Positions 19,001 through 29,971 of a stretch of DNA of 64,000 nucleotides are shown piece by piece. This DNA comes from an uncultured virus (IMG/VR IMGVR_UViG_3300042306_000801) (Duplodnaviria; Heunggongvirae; Uroviricota; Caudoviricetes): the IMG/VR virus record IMGVR_UViG_3300042306_000801. The stretch is one strand, 5' to 3'. The number at the start of each line of letters is the position of its first letter. Position 1 is the stretch's first letter. Both the position numbers and the translations under genes were made by a program. The notes under the pieces were generated by a model. It saw nothing but the letters and a program-made list of their open reading frames with translations. It did not search any database and was not told where the DNA came from.

Positions 19001-19867
19001 ATGGCAAAAGTATCATTTTCGCAGTACTCAATGTGGAGTAGCTGCCCTCAACAATATAAGTTAAATTACATAGATAAATTAGGTGAAAGTTCTGGTAACA
19101 TTCACACAATCTTCGGTACAGGAATGCATGAAACAATTCAACATTACCTTTCAGTTATGTATGGTGTTTCTAAAAAACAAGCTGATGAGATTAATTTAGA
19201 TAAACTTCTTTTAGAAAAAATGAAAGATGCTTTTACTAAAGAAAAAGAATCTCTTACTGAAGGTACACCTTGTACTCAAATAGAATTAGAAGAATTCTAT
19301 GGAGATGGTAGAAGAATATTAACTTGGTTTAAAAAATATTGTAGTAAATTTTATTCTAAAAGTGGATATGAATTAGTTGGTATTGAAATTCCTTTAAATG
19401 CAACTATTAAAAACGGTGTACACTTTATTGGATTCATTGATATTGTATTGAGAGATTTAGCGGAAAACTCAATTATAATTGTTGACCTTAAAACTTCAAC
19501 AATGGGATGGAATCAATATCAAAAGGCTGATAAATTGAAAAACTCTCAAATCCTTTTGTATAAAAAATATTATTCAGAATTGTTTAATATTCCAATGACT
19601 AAAATCAAAGTGGAATATCAAATTATGAGAAGAAAACTTCCTGAAGATTCTGCATTTCCAATTCCTTACATATCAAAACATATTCCGCCAAATGGAACAC
19701 CATCGGTAAACAAAGTGTATGATGAATTTATGGAATTTATTAATACCGTTTTTGATGATGATGGAAACTTCAAAGATATCCCATTCCCAAAAGTACCTGG
19801 CAATAACAAAAAGAATTGTAAATGGTGTGAATTTATGAATAGAGGGATATGTGATGGTAAACCTTAA
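19001..19867 (+). CDS. PD-(D/E)xK (Cas4/AddB-like) exonuclease
   Basis: SFSQ...CP, GTGMHE, E..., GFIDIV, VDLKT, Q..LY, C-terminal CKWC....C Fe-S-type cysteines. Confidence 0.85.
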   Translation: MAKVSFSQYSMWSSCPQQYKLNYIDKLGESSGNIHTIFGTGMHETIQHYLSVMYGVSKKQADEINLDKLLLEKMKDAFTKEKESLTEGTPCTQIELEEFYGDGRRILTWFKKYCSKFYSKSGYELVGIEIPLNATIKNGVHFIGFIDIVLRDLAENSIIIVDLKTSTMGWNQYQKADKLKNSQILLYKKYYSELFNIPMTKIKVEYQIMRRKLPEDSAFPIPYISKHIPPNGTPSVNKVYDEFMEFINTVFDDDGNFKDIPFPKVPGNNKKNCKWCEFMNRGICDGKP

Positions 19868-19925
19868 TTTTCGTTTTTTTATTTTCTATATACTTATATA
19901 TACAAATATATAAAACGATATTACA

Positions 19926-20126
19926 ATGAATCAAGAAAACACAAAGCTAACAACTGTGAAAATCTTGAAAGATGTATATTCATCATTTAAAAAAGTATCT
20001 TTTGATTCCGATGTTACCCTTCAAAAATTGGTAAACCGAACTGTTGAAAGATATGTTTCTGACGAAGAATTTAGAAAAGAAATGAACGAATACTTAAAAT
20101 TACAAATTTCAGGTTCACAATTTTAA
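19926..20126 (+). CDS. Small putative DNA-binding protein (ribbon-helix-helix-like)
   Basis: 66 aa with a beta-alpha-alpha pattern: LTTVKI..DVY..FK...TLQKLVNR. Confidence 0.5.
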   Translation: MNQENTKLTTVKILKDVYSSFKKVSFDSDVTLQKLVNRTVERYVSDEEFRKEMNEYLKLQISGSQF

Positions 20127-20140
20127 TGAAAAAATAAGTT

Positions 20141-21526
20141 ATGGCAAAAAAGAAAAAAATCCTATTACTTTCGGATGATTTAAGAATGGCAAGTGGTATA
20201 GCCACAATGTCAAAAGAATTCGTATTGGGTACGATACACAAATACGATTGGTATCAAGTTGGAGCGGCAATTAACCATCCTGAACAAGGTAAGGTTTTGG
20301 ATGTTAGCGAAGATATACAAAAAAATTATGGAGTAGCAGATGCTAGTTTAAAAATACTTCCTTGGAATGGGTATGGAAATGCTGATTTGTTAAGGCAGAT
20401 TATTAATTCAGAAAACCCAGATGCAATCTTACACTTTACTGACCCTCGTTATTGGACATGGTTGTATGATATCGAACACGAAATCAGACAAAATATTCCA
20501 ATTTTTTTCTACGCAATTTGGGATGATTTACCAGACCCAATGTATAATAGAGATTATTATGAAAGTTGTGATTGGATTGGATGTATATCAAGACAAACAT
20601 ATGGTATTATAAAAAGAATTACTTCTAGAACCGATAAAGTAACATGGAGACCTCTAAAAGATTGGCAAGTAAAGTATGTACCACATGGTATTAATACTGA
20701 TATCTACAAACCAACCGAAGTACCTGCGGAATATCGTAATGAAATTTTAGGTGGTAAAGAATATGATTTTGTATTGTATTGGAGTAATAGAAATATCCGC
20801 AGAAAACAACCGGCCGATGTAATAATGGCATATAAAAGATTTTGTGAGATTATTGGTAAAGATAAAGCGGATAAATGTCTTTTATTAATGCATACACAAC
20901 CTGTTGATGAAAATGGAACTGACTTGTATGCTGTAATTGAAGAACTTGCACCTGGTATTAATATCCGTTTTTCTGAAAAAAGAAGAGTTCAACAAGAATT
21001 GAATTGGAACTATAATATAGCAGATGTAACAATCAATATTGCTAACAACGAAGGATTTGGATTAGCAACCGCAGAATCGGTAATGGCTGGAACACCAATC
21101 ATTGTAAACGTAACCGGTGGATTGCAAGACCAATGTGGATTTAAAGTTGAAGGTAATGTATTGGTTGCAGATGATTATATTAAGATTGGTTCTTTACATG
21201 AATGGAGAAAATGGGAAGGTAAAGCAGAACCTGGTCCTTGGGCGTATCCTGTATGGAGTAGAGCACAAGCATTAGCAGGTTCAGTGCCAACACCGTATAT
21301 TTGGGATGATAGAGTTGATATAGAAGATGTTGCACAAGCAATTGCTAAATCATACAATACACCAAAAGAAGAAAGAAAAGCAAACGCATTAATTGGTAGA
21401 GAGTTTTTTATTAATGAAGCGGGATTAACACATACCAATATGGCCCAACAATTAATAGATGGGATTGAAGATGTGTTTGAGAATTGGAAACCAAGAAAAA
21501 GATTTGAAGTGTTCAAAATTAAATAA
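20141..21526 (+). CDS. Glycosyltransferase, GT4 / GT-B fold
   Basis: YVPHGI, NRNIRRK, NEGFGLATAESVMAGTPII. Confidence 0.88.
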   Translation: MAKKKKILLLSDDLRMASGIATMSKEFVLGTIHKYDWYQVGAAINHPEQGKVLDVSEDIQKNYGVADASLKILPWNGYGNADLLRQIINSENPDAILHFTDPRYWTWLYDIEHEIRQNIPIFFYAIWDDLPDPMYNRDYYESCDWIGCISRQTYGIIKRITSRTDKVTWRPLKDWQVKYVPHGINTDIYKPTEVPAEYRNEILGGKEYDFVLYWSNRNIRRKQPADVIMAYKRFCEIIGKDKADKCLLLMHTQPVDENGTDLYAVIEELAPGINIRFSEKRRVQQELNWNYNIADVTINIANNEGFGLATAESVMAGTPIIVNVTGGLQDQCGFKVEGNVLVADDYIKIGSLHEWRKWEGKAEPGPWAYPVWSRAQALAGSVPTPYIWDDRVDIEDVAQAIAKSYNTPKEERKANALIGREFFINEAGLTHTNMAQQLIDGIEDVFENWKPRKRFEVFKIK

Positions 21527-21529
21527 GTT

Positions 21530-22834
21530 ATGAGTAAACCAACATTAGTATTTCAGGGACCTATTTTTACGAGAAGTGGATATGGGGACCATTGTAGAGA
21601 TTTGATGAAATCACTACGCAAAATGGATAAATATGATATTAAGATTATCCCACTTCGTTGGGGTAACACTCCACAAAATCAAGTAACTGACCAAGATGAA
21701 TTTGGTAGATGGATGCTTGAAAGAGTTGTAGGAGTAGTAGAACAAAAGCCGGATGTATTTATGCAAGTTTCGGTAGCAAATGAATTTGAACCAAAAGGAC
21801 ACTATAATATTGGTATAACTGCCGGTGTTGAAACTACAATTGCTCCAAAAGATTTCATTGATGGTTCTAACAAAATGGATTTGATATTAGTACCATCTCA
21901 TTTCACAAGACAAAATTTAGGTGGAACTGTTTATCAACAAAAAAATCAACAAACTGATGAAATAGTTGGTGAAATTAGGGTTGTAAAGCCAATTGAAGTG
22001 CTTTTTGAAGGAGTTGATACCGATATATTTGAATCATCCGTACCATCTAAAACAAATACTGATATTTTAGAAAATATAAAAGAAGATTTTTGTTTTTTAG
22101 TTGTTGGACATTGGCTGAAAGGAGATTTGGGACAAGATAGAAAAGATATTGGTATGGCAATTAAAACATTTGCAACCGTATTCCAATATACCAAAGAAAA
22201 CAAACCAGCTCTTATCATAAAGACATCGCATGCCGGATTTAGTGTAATGGATAGAGAAGCTACTAGAAAGAAAATTGAAGAAGTTATAAAGAGTTTTGGT
22301 GATAAGTGTCCACCTATTTATTTACTTCATGGTGATATGGAAGAAAGTGATATGAGTAATTTATACCACCATCCAAAAGTTAAAGCAATGGTATCATTTG
22401 CTAAAGGTGAAGGATATGGTAGACCAATGGCTGAATTTAGTTTGACTGGTAAACCAATTATAGCAAGTGGTTGGAGTGGACATACTGACTTTTTACCAAA
22501 AGAACATGCAGTTTTATTAGAGGGTTCGTTGACAAATGTACATGAATCGGCGGCAGACCAATTTTGTATGAAAGAAGCTCAATGGTTTACTGTAAATTAT
22601 TCAAATGCAGCAAATAAATTATATGATGTGTATAAAAACTACAATACATACAAAACTCAATCGGTTGGTTTAAAAGATAATACTCTTAAACATTTTACTT
22701 TGGATAAAATGACGGAAAGATTTGAACAAATACTTGATACTTATGTAAAGAGAGCACCGCAAGTAGTTCCATTCAATGTTCCAAAAGTAAACAGTCAAAA
22801 GATAGAATTACCAAAACTTAAAAAAATAGGTTAA
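21530..22834 (+). CDS. Glycosyltransferase, GT4 / GT-B fold
   Basis: RSGYG, DRKDIG, GEGYGRPMAEFSLTGKPII. Confidence 0.88.
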   Translation: MSKPTLVFQGPIFTRSGYGDHCRDLMKSLRKMDKYDIKIIPLRWGNTPQNQVTDQDEFGRWMLERVVGVVEQKPDVFMQVSVANEFEPKGHYNIGITAGVETTIAPKDFIDGSNKMDLILVPSHFTRQNLGGTVYQQKNQQTDEIVGEIRVVKPIEVLFEGVDTDIFESSVPSKTNTDILENIKEDFCFLVVGHWLKGDLGQDRKDIGMAIKTFATVFQYTKENKPALIIKTSHAGFSVMDREATRKKIEEVIKSFGDKCPPIYLLHGDMEESDMSNLYHHPKVKAMVSFAKGEGYGRPMAEFSLTGKPIIASGWSGHTDFLPKEHAVLLEGSLTNVHESAADQFCMKEAQWFTVNYSNAANKLYDVYKNYNTYKTQSVGLKDNTLKHFTLDKMTERFEQILDTYVKRAPQVVPFNVPKVNSQKIELPKLKKIG

Positions 22835-23352
22835 TGTCATACGGAACCTTATATAATAGAATAATAGAAAAAGAAACCATAGTTCCTAAATCAAAACTAG
22901 AAGCAAGAAGAGTTTATAAAATAGTTTCGTATGAGTATGTTGGTGGAAAACTTACTTCGTTTAGTGGGCCTGAAAGTGCTATTATTTTTTTAATTAGTAT
23001 TACACCTGATAAAATATTACATTGTATAAAGATAAGTGAAGCGCGACCTAATAAATTCTTTGATTGGTTAAAGTTAAATTTAAAAAGGGGATTGAAATAC
23101 GATGCGATTAGAGAAATTGCAGAAAAAAATACTTTAGATGAGTTATTACCGGCCGATAATAGAACTGGTTCTAAAACATTTATGAATTTAAAAAGACATG
23201 GGATATATGAACATCAACCTGGTACATATAGAACTTATCTACTTAATAATGTGAAATCCATAAAGGAAGTTAAGTTTAATACCGATGAATTTTTAAAGTT
23301 TCTAAAGATACAAAAACCCACTCAACCGCCCACTAAATCGGAAAATCCTTAA
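22834..23352 (+). CDS. Hypothetical protein
   Basis: 172-aa ORF translationally coupled to the upstream GT gene. Confidence 0.6.
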   Translation: MSYGTLYNRIIEKETIVPKSKLEARRVYKIVSYEYVGGKLTSFSGPESAIIFLISITPDKILHCIKISEARPNKFFDWLKLNLKRGLKYDAIREIAEKNTLDELLPADNRTGSKTFMNLKRHGIYEHQPGTYRTYLLNNVKSIKEVKFNTDEFLKFLKIQKPTQPPTKSENP

Positions 23353-23416
23353 AAGTGTTTATTTCTTCCATTTATTTATATTTATTTGTGTAATTACACA
23401 CAAGTAGAATAAAACC

Positions 23417-26400
23417 ATGGCAATAATAAAAAGAATACCAAAGGGTAGTCCCTTAACGGCGGCAGAAATGGATGCCAACTTGACGATTTTAGAAAACGTA
23501 TCAAGTTCCGTAAATACATTATATACAACAACTGATAATTTAAATTCAACATTAACATCAGTATCTTCATCCGTATCGAATCTATCAACTTTAAGTGGAC
23601 AATTAAGCGGACAATTTACTGGTAGTGTTTTAATTTCTGGTAGTTTAAGATTTGATAATATTTCAACCGATGCTGTTGCAAGTGAAGTATTAGTTTACAA
23701 TAGTTCTACAAAAACAATAGGAAAAACAACTTCAATAGCTACTGGACCAGCAGGAAGTGATGGTTCATCTGGTACATCTGGTAAAGATGGTACAGCGGGA
23801 AGTTCAGGTACATCTGGCTCATCTGGTACATCTGGTAAAGATGGCACGTCAGGAAGTAGTGGTAGTTCTGGAACTTCTGGAAGCTCAGGTTCATCTGGAA
23901 CTTCTGGAGAGAGTGGTACTTCCGGTTCATCTGGAACATCTGGTAGTAGCGGTTCATCTGGTACATCTGGTAAAGATGGTACATCTGGTTCATCGGGTTC
24001 ATCTGGAACTTCTGGACAAAATGGTGATAGATTTTCATCAACATCAAGTACTTCAAACGATATAAGCACTGGTTCTAAAAATTTCACAATAGGAACTGGA
24101 TTACAATGGACTCCTGGACAGGCTATTATTATTTCTGAAAATGCATCAAATGTATTAGAAGGAACTGTAACATCTTACAATAGTGGTACAGGTGATTTAG
24201 TGGTTAATATAACAACTACATCAGGTAGTGGTACTGGTATAACTTCATGGTATATAAATACGGCAGGTGCACCTGGTCAAAGTGGTTCATCTGGAACTTC
24301 TGGAAGCTCTGGTTCATCTGGAACTTCTGGTTCATCTGGTACATCTGGAAGTAGTGGTAGTTCTGGAACATCTGGTTCAAGTGGGTCTTCTGGTACATCT
24401 GGAAAAGATGGTACAACCGGTTTAGATGGTACAAGTGGTTCATCAGGAACTTCTGGAAGCTCTGGTTCATCTGGAACTTCTGGTTCATCTGGTTCATCTG
24501 GAATAAGTGGAACTGCAGGAACATCCGGTTTAACAACAACCGTATTTCCTTATACCGGTTCTGCACTTATTAGTGGTTCTTTGCATATGACCGGTTCTAT
24601 AAAAATTGGTAAAACACAATATGGTGGTGCATTATATGGACCCACAATTCAGTTTTTAGATTTAGGTTCTGATTCAAGAGGAGTAGATGAAGTTACATCA
24701 TTTTTATGGTGGACTGATAAGAATGGTAATAATAAAGGTGAATTAGAAACAACTGCGGGGGCTACTGGGTTTCATAAGTTGGCTATTAAAGAATTTGAAG
24801 AAATAAAGTTGAGTCCTAGTGATGCAATTACAATGACGAAATCGGTTGGTATTACTGGTTCTTTATTTGTAAGTACATCTTTGAGTGCATCTTTAAGAGA
24901 AGGATATGCTTGGGTAGGTGGTCCTAATAATAGAACAATTTTAGTAGCAACATCTTCATTTGGTAGTGCTGGTAGTGGTACTGGAATATTTGCGGCAACC
25001 GGTTCGGTATTCGCGACAACAAATAATATACAAATTACAGGTTCTCTACAAGTAAGTGGACCTTTATCTGCTTCACTTCCACAAGGATATGCTTGGGTTG
25101 GTGGAGTTAATGATATATCTAGAATAATAGCTACATCTTCATTTGGAGCGATAACAGTATCTCAACAAGGTGGTAGTTCTTTTGGTTCAGTTCGTACAAT
25201 ACGATTCAATGGAGCCGTTGTTGCAGATGATGGTGGCGGACAAGTAACTATAACAACCGGTGGCGGTGGTGGTGGACTTACAATTAATAGTGGTTCATTC
25301 TCCGCAGCTGCAACAACCACATTAACATTGGATAATACAATCCGTGCTACGAATAGTGGTGGCGGTACCGTTGCACTTACTGTAGCCGGTGGCGTAGGTG
25401 GCGGGGGTTCAAATGGTACTTCCGGTACATCTGGTAAAGATGGTGGCGGTGGAACTTCTGGTTCATCTGGAACCGCAGGAGTAAGTGGAAGTGGCGGTAC
25501 ATCCGGTACATCTGGTAAAGATGGTTCATCTGGAACATCTGGACTTAATGGTATTGGGGCACCTGGTACCGATGGTACTTCTGGTACTTCTGGAGTTTCG
25601 GGTGGTGGAGGAACATCTGGTTCATCTGGTACATCGGGTTCATCTGGTTCATCTATTGCATTAACAATAAATGATGATGTTGGACCTACATCTATTAGTG
25701 GTGTAAATCAAATAACATTTACCGGTGGTGCGGTTATAACCGATTCACCTGGTAGTGGACATATAACAATCACCGCGGGAACGGGTGGTGGTGCTGGTAG
25801 TGCCGGTTCATCTGGTAAAGATGGTACATCTGGAACATCCGGTAAAGATGGTACATTTGTTGGTTCATCCGGTACATCTGGTTCATCTGGATTTGGTAAA
25901 GATGGAACATCTGGTGTAAATGGTTCAAATGGTACTTCCGGTACATCTGGCATATCTGGATTTTTTGGTTCATCTGGTACATCTGGTTTAGATGGAACAT
26001 TTATTGGTTCATCTGGAACATCTGGTTTAACCGGTGCAAATGGTACTATGGGCACATCTGGTAGTTCTGGTACATCCGGTACAAGTGGTTTAACTGCTGC
26101 AGGAGCAACTGCAGGAAGTGGTGGTACATCTGGTACAAATGGTGCACCTGGTGCAAATGGTTCTGATGGTACATCTGGTTCATCTGGCAAAAATGGGTTG
26201 GATGGTACTGCATTTGGTTCATCCGGTACATCTGGTTTAACTGGTACGAGTGGTGTAAACGGTACAAATGGCACGAATGGTACATCTGGAACTTCTGGAG
26301 TTGCATCTTTATTAGCGGTAACCGGAAGTGTAAATAATGGTATAGTTAGATACGAAAATGCACCTGAAAGATTGTTTGTAAGTAACACTCTTACATTTGA

Positions 26401-26683
26401 TGGAGCTGAATTAAAACTAACAGGCTCTATGTTTGTTAGTGGTGCGATAAGTGCATCTGGATTTAACATATATGCAACCGGTACACCTGAAATAACATCA
26501 GCAACTAACTTAAACTTAACAGCTGGTACTGCGGTAATTGTAACACAATCACCGATGAGAATGGCAACATTCACCGATGTACAAACTGGAAGTTTGACTC
26601 CTGCAAATGGAGATATGATTTATAATTCAACCACTCATAAATTTATGGGATACGCTAATGGAGCGTGGGTAGCATTACATTAA
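23417..26683 (+). CDS. Virion fibre / decoration-like protein with collagen-like (G-S/T-S)n repeats
   Basis: N-terminal KGSPLTAAEMDAN, four blocks of GSSGTS / GKDGTS Gly-X-Y repeats, repeated (I)TGSL / ISGSL beta motifs, C-terminal NGDMIYNSTT..FMGY...W. Confidence 0.75.
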   Translation: MAIIKRIPKGSPLTAAEMDANLTILENVSSSVNTLYTTTDNLNSTLTSVSSSVSNLSTLSGQLSGQFTGSVLISGSLRFDNISTDAVASEVLVYNSSTKTIGKTTSIATGPAGSDGSSGTSGKDGTAGSSGTSGSSGTSGKDGTSGSSGSSGTSGSSGSSGTSGESGTSGSSGTSGSSGSSGTSGKDGTSGSSGSSGTSGQNGDRFSSTSSTSNDISTGSKNFTIGTGLQWTPGQAIIISENASNVLEGTVTSYNSGTGDLVVNITTTSGSGTGITSWYINTAGAPGQSGSSGTSGSSGSSGTSGSSGTSGSSGSSGTSGSSGSSGTSGKDGTTGLDGTSGSSGTSGSSGSSGTSGSSGSSGISGTAGTSGLTTTVFPYTGSALISGSLHMTGSIKIGKTQYGGALYGPTIQFLDLGSDSRGVDEVTSFLWWTDKNGNNKGELETTAGATGFHKLAIKEFEEIKLSPSDAITMTKSVGITGSLFVSTSLSASLREGYAWVGGPNNRTILVATSSFGSAGSGTGIFAATGSVFATTNNIQITGSLQVSGPLSASLPQGYAWVGGVNDISRIIATSSFGAITVSQQGGSSFGSVRTIRFNGAVVADDGGGQVTITTGGGGGGLTINSGSFSAAATTTLTLDNTIRATNSGGGTVALTVAGGVGGGGSNGTSGTSGKDGGGGTSGSSGTAGVSGSGGTSGTSGKDGSSGTSGLNGIGAPGTDGTSGTSGVSGGGGTSGSSGTSGSSGSSIALTINDDVGPTSISGVNQITFTGGAVITDSPGSGHITITAGTGGGAGSAGSSGKDGTSGTSGKDGTFVGSSGTSGSSGFGKDGTSGVNGSNGTSGTSGISGFFGSSGTSGLDGTFIGSSGTSGLTGANGTMGTSGSSGTSGTSGLTAAGATAGSGGTSGTNGAPGANGSDGTSGSSGKNGLDGTAFGSSGTSGLTGTSGVNGTNGTNGTSGTSGVASLLAVTGSVNNGIVRYENAPERLFVSNTLTFDGAELKLTGSMFVSGAISASGFNIYATGTPEITSATNLNLTAGTAVIVTQSPMRMATFTDVQTGSLTPANGDMIYNSTTHKFMGYANGAWVALH
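23745..26300 (+). repeat. Coding tandem repeats (GGTTCATCTGGTACATCT-like 9/18-bp units) in four blocks
   Basis: Approximate blocks at 23745-24020, 24270-24530, 25410-25650 and 25790-26300, encoding GSS/GTS triplets. Confidence 0.85.
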
Positions 26684-26689
26684 TAAAAT

Positions 26690-28255
26690 ATGAGAGAATA
26701 TAACGTTATCTTAAAAAAAGATGTAGATTACGATGGGTTTTGGAATGATATAGAAAGTGATACCGATGGTGGTAATCTTTACATTCCAAATCGTAGAGTA
26801 GAGTTTACAAATGAAAGACCTACATCTTTACGTCAATGTTGGTACTTGCTGACAGATGAAGAAGCTGAGCAATTAAAATTGGATGATAGAGTACTTGGTG
26901 TAGAGATTCCACCTGAACATAGAACTGATATTCAAATAGGACATCGTGCAATTCAACCAGGAGATTATACAAAAACAACATCCGATAGCGGTGTATTTTT
27001 AAATTGGGGATTAATACGTTGTAATTCTACTTCAAATGTATATGGTAGTGGGACAACTACTAATTTAAAATATAACTACACATTAACGGGTGACGGAGTA
27101 GATGTAGTAATTCAGGATAGTGGATTACAAGTAGACCATCCTGAATTTCAAGATGAAAATGGAGTAACTAGAGTACAACAAATCAACTGGTCAACTGCAA
27201 GTGGTGTTTCGTTTACACAAAACGCAAATCATTATAGAGATTACGATGGACATGGTACACATTGTGCCGGTATAGCTGCGGGTAAAACATATGGTTGGGC
27301 TAAAAAAGCTAAAATATATTCTCAAAAATTAGATGGATTAGAAGGTAGTGGAGATAGTGGTACTGGTATTTCTATAACATATGCATTTGATGCAATCAAA
27401 GGTTGGCACAATAATAAATCATTAAATCCATTGACAGGGGTAAAAAGACCAACCGTAGTTAATATGAGTTGGGGATATTACACTTCATTTGGAGCATTAA
27501 CCGAAATTAATTATAGAGGAACATCATATACAGGAGCATCTATTGATACGAGTACCGAAAGAATAAATAATTTTGGAATAATGTCAGCGGCATCATCTAT
27601 ATCAAATGTAAGAATTGCATCGGTTGATACCGATATTCAGGAAATGATTGATGCTGGAATAATAGTATGTGTAGCAGCCGGTAATCGTTCTCATAAAATT
27701 GATGTTCCAAGTGGAACTGATTATAATAATTACTATAACGATGGTACTGGTGCAACTTATTATCATAGAGGTTCTTCTCCGTTCGATGATGAAGCGTTTA
27801 TAGTTGGTAACATTGATAGTACGGTTTATGATACAAATAATGACCAAAAATCAACATCATCGGAAACAGGTCCAGGTGTAACAATATATGCACCGGGTAC
27901 TGATATTATGAGTGCATGTTCAAATACAAATAGATTTAGTGGACAATCTTATTACTTAAACTCATCATATAAACAATGTAATATTAGTGGTACATCTATG
28001 GCATCTCCACAAGTAGCAGGTGTATGTGCTTTGTTTTTAGAAGCAAATCCTAGATTAACACCCGCACAATTAAAATCGGCAATATTAGCAAATGCAGGTA
28101 CTGCGATATACGATACTGGTGTGAATAATGATTGGACAAATTATAGAAGTTTAAAAGGTGGTAGTTTAAAGGTATTATACAATAAGTTTAATTCCGAAAA
28201 AACATTTTCAGCTACAAACATATCATTTTCAGGTATTGGGTTTAAAATAAGATAA
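26690..28255 (+). CDS. S8 (subtilisin-like) serine peptidase
   Basis: Catalytic triad VVIQDSG / DGHGTHCAG / SGTSMASPQVAG, oxyanion AAGN, VVNMSWG. Confidence 0.93.
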   Translation: MREYNVILKKDVDYDGFWNDIESDTDGGNLYIPNRRVEFTNERPTSLRQCWYLLTDEEAEQLKLDDRVLGVEIPPEHRTDIQIGHRAIQPGDYTKTTSDSGVFLNWGLIRCNSTSNVYGSGTTTNLKYNYTLTGDGVDVVIQDSGLQVDHPEFQDENGVTRVQQINWSTASGVSFTQNANHYRDYDGHGTHCAGIAAGKTYGWAKKAKIYSQKLDGLEGSGDSGTGISITYAFDAIKGWHNNKSLNPLTGVKRPTVVNMSWGYYTSFGALTEINYRGTSYTGASIDTSTERINNFGIMSAASSISNVRIASVDTDIQEMIDAGIIVCVAAGNRSHKIDVPSGTDYNNYYNDGTGATYYHRGSSPFDDEAFIVGNIDSTVYDTNNDQKSTSSETGPGVTIYAPGTDIMSACSNTNRFSGQSYYLNSSYKQCNISGTSMASPQVAGVCALFLEANPRLTPAQLKSAILANAGTAIYDTGVNNDWTNYRSLKGGSLKVLYNKFNSEKTFSATNISFSGIGFKIR

Positions 28256-28316
28256 TTTTTTATCGTTTTCTACTTTTACTTTATATTTATATATACAAAT
28301 ATATTACCAAAATAGA

Positions 28317-28348
28317 TTTGGTAATGTAGAAAAAAATTGTTATATTTG
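28317..28348 (+). promoter_or_regulatory. Bacteroidota-type promoter, near-leaderless
   Basis: TTTG at 28317-28320, N20, TATATTTG at 28341-28348; ATG at 28354. Confidence 0.7.
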
Positions 28349-28353
28349 TATCT

Positions 28354-28983
28354 ATGATAAATGTTACATATGCCATTACAGTTTGTAATGAAATAAATGA
28401 AATCACAACTTTAGTTGATTTTTTACAACCGAGGATAAAATCCGAAGATGAAATATTGGTTCAATATGATTCGGATTCTGCAACATCGCAGATAAAAGAT
28501 TATTTAAATATAATCTCACAAATACACAGAAATATAAGAGTAATTTCATTTCCTCTTAATAAAGATTTTGCATCATTTAAAAATAATCTAAAAAATAATG
28601 CAAATGGTATTTTTATTTTTCAAATTGATGCAGATGAAATGCCATCTGAATATTTGGTTGAAAATATACATACTTTTTTAGAATATAATAAAGATGTAGA
28701 CCTTTTCTTCGTACCTAGAATTAATACGGTCAATGGTCTAACTGCCGAACATATTAAGAAATGGGGATGGAAAGTTAATGAAAAAGGTTGGGTAAACTTT
28801 CCCGATTATCAAACTCGTATTTATAGAAGAACTTCAGAAATAGAATGGAGTGGTAAGGTACATGAAAGAATAGCGGGATATAATACCTTATCAATTTTAC
28901 CTCAAGAAGAAATCTATTGTCTGTATCATCATAAGCAAATTGAAAGACAAGAAAAACAAAACGCTTTATATGATACAATCTAA
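28354..28983 (+). CDS. Glycosyltransferase, GT2-like
   Basis: ITVCNE, FQIDADE, PDYQTR, W.GKVHE. Confidence 0.85.
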   Translation: MINVTYAITVCNEINEITTLVDFLQPRIKSEDEILVQYDSDSATSQIKDYLNIISQIHRNIRVISFPLNKDFASFKNNLKNNANGIFIFQIDADEMPSEYLVENIHTFLEYNKDVDLFFVPRINTVNGLTAEHIKKWGWKVNEKGWVNFPDYQTRIYRRTSEIEWSGKVHERIAGYNTLSILPQEEIYCLYHHKQIERQEKQNALYDTI

Positions 28984-29971
28984 AATAGCTTTCCTTACTG
29001 AAATGGGATTTGTTGGTAAAATACCGGCTCATCATCCAAATATGAGAACCGAATTTGCTTGGATGCACGCTTTAGATGCAGACCATTATAATATTCATCT
29101 ATTTGGTGCGGACAAACATTTGATTAATTATGACCACGTGTTTATCATATTTCCAAAAGGCAAAGTATTTTTAAGTGCAGAGGGAAGTAAAATTATAGAT
29201 GGTATTAATCCATTTTCAGAATTATTACAACAAGATATAGTTGGTAAATTGAAGGAAAGAGGTAATAAGAAAGTCCATTATATTCAAGAAGGACCGCATT
29301 GGTGGTATAATGATTATACTATATCAGACCAAATCTATTTCTTTAATTTCTTACAATCATGTGATTCAATCTTTACGCACAATGATTCGGATATATATTA
29401 TTATAAGGGATTGTTTCCTAATAAAAAAGTAAGACCTATTGGTACACTAATGATTGATACTCTAATCAAAGATATAGTACCTACAAAAGAAGATAAAGCA
29501 ATTATAGGTGGTAATTTCGCAAGATGGTATGGTGGGTTTGAAAGTTATATGATAGCTGGTAACTTTGATGTTCCTATTTGGGCACAAACATCTCATGCTA
29601 TGAGAGAGAATGAAAATGTAATTGATAACTTAACTCACTTACCAAGATTAATGTGGAGTGAATGGATGACCGTATTATCAACATTCAAATACGCAGTTCA
29701 TATGATGCCAACGGTAGCAGCTGGTACGTTTGCCCTAAATTGTGCATACTTTGGTATCCCTTGTATTGGAAATCAAGATGTAGATACTCAATTACTTTGT
29801 CACCCATCCTTATCGGTAGCTGTAAATGATTTAGAAAGTGCAAGAGAATTGGCAATAAGATTGAGAGATGACAAACAATTTTACAATGAGTGTTCAGAAA
29901 TGGCAAAGGCTAATTATGAAGCTTGTTTTTCAAAAGAACTTTGGTTAAAAAGAATAATGACGGAATTATGA
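28970..29971 (+). CDS. Putative GT-B-fold glycosyltransferase
   Basis: AAGTFALNCAYFGIPCIG resembles the GT-B C-terminal motif, and the gene lies in a GT cluster. Confidence 0.55.
   Translation: MIQSKIAFLTEMGFVGKIPAHHPNMRTEFAWMHALDADHYNIHLFGADKHLINYDHVFIIFPKGKVFLSAEGSKIIDGINPFSELLQQDIVGKLKERGNKKVHYIQEGPHWWYNDYTISDQIYFFNFLQSCDSIFTHNDSDIYYYKGLFPNKKVRPIGTLMIDTLIKDIVPTKEDKAIIGGNFARWYGGFESYMIAGNFDVPIWAQTSHAMRENENVIDNLTHLPRLMWSEWMTVLSTFKYAVHMMPTVAAGTFALNCAYFGIPCIGNQDVDTQLLCHPSLSVAVNDLESARELAIRLRDDKQFYNECSEMAKANYEACFSKELWLKRIMTEL

Noticed and set aside
19894..19910. Shared 17-mer TTATATATACAAATATA (also at 28287-28303) as an antisense promoter
   Set aside because: It contains a reverse -7 box but has no correctly spaced -33 TTTG and no minus-strand gene. 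It is low complexity, so it is kept only as context of the candidate late motif.
23695..26574. Minus-strand ORFs with PDVPDEP or QMYQMN repeats
   Set aside because: These are antisense or alternative-frame shadows of the GSSGTS coding repeats.
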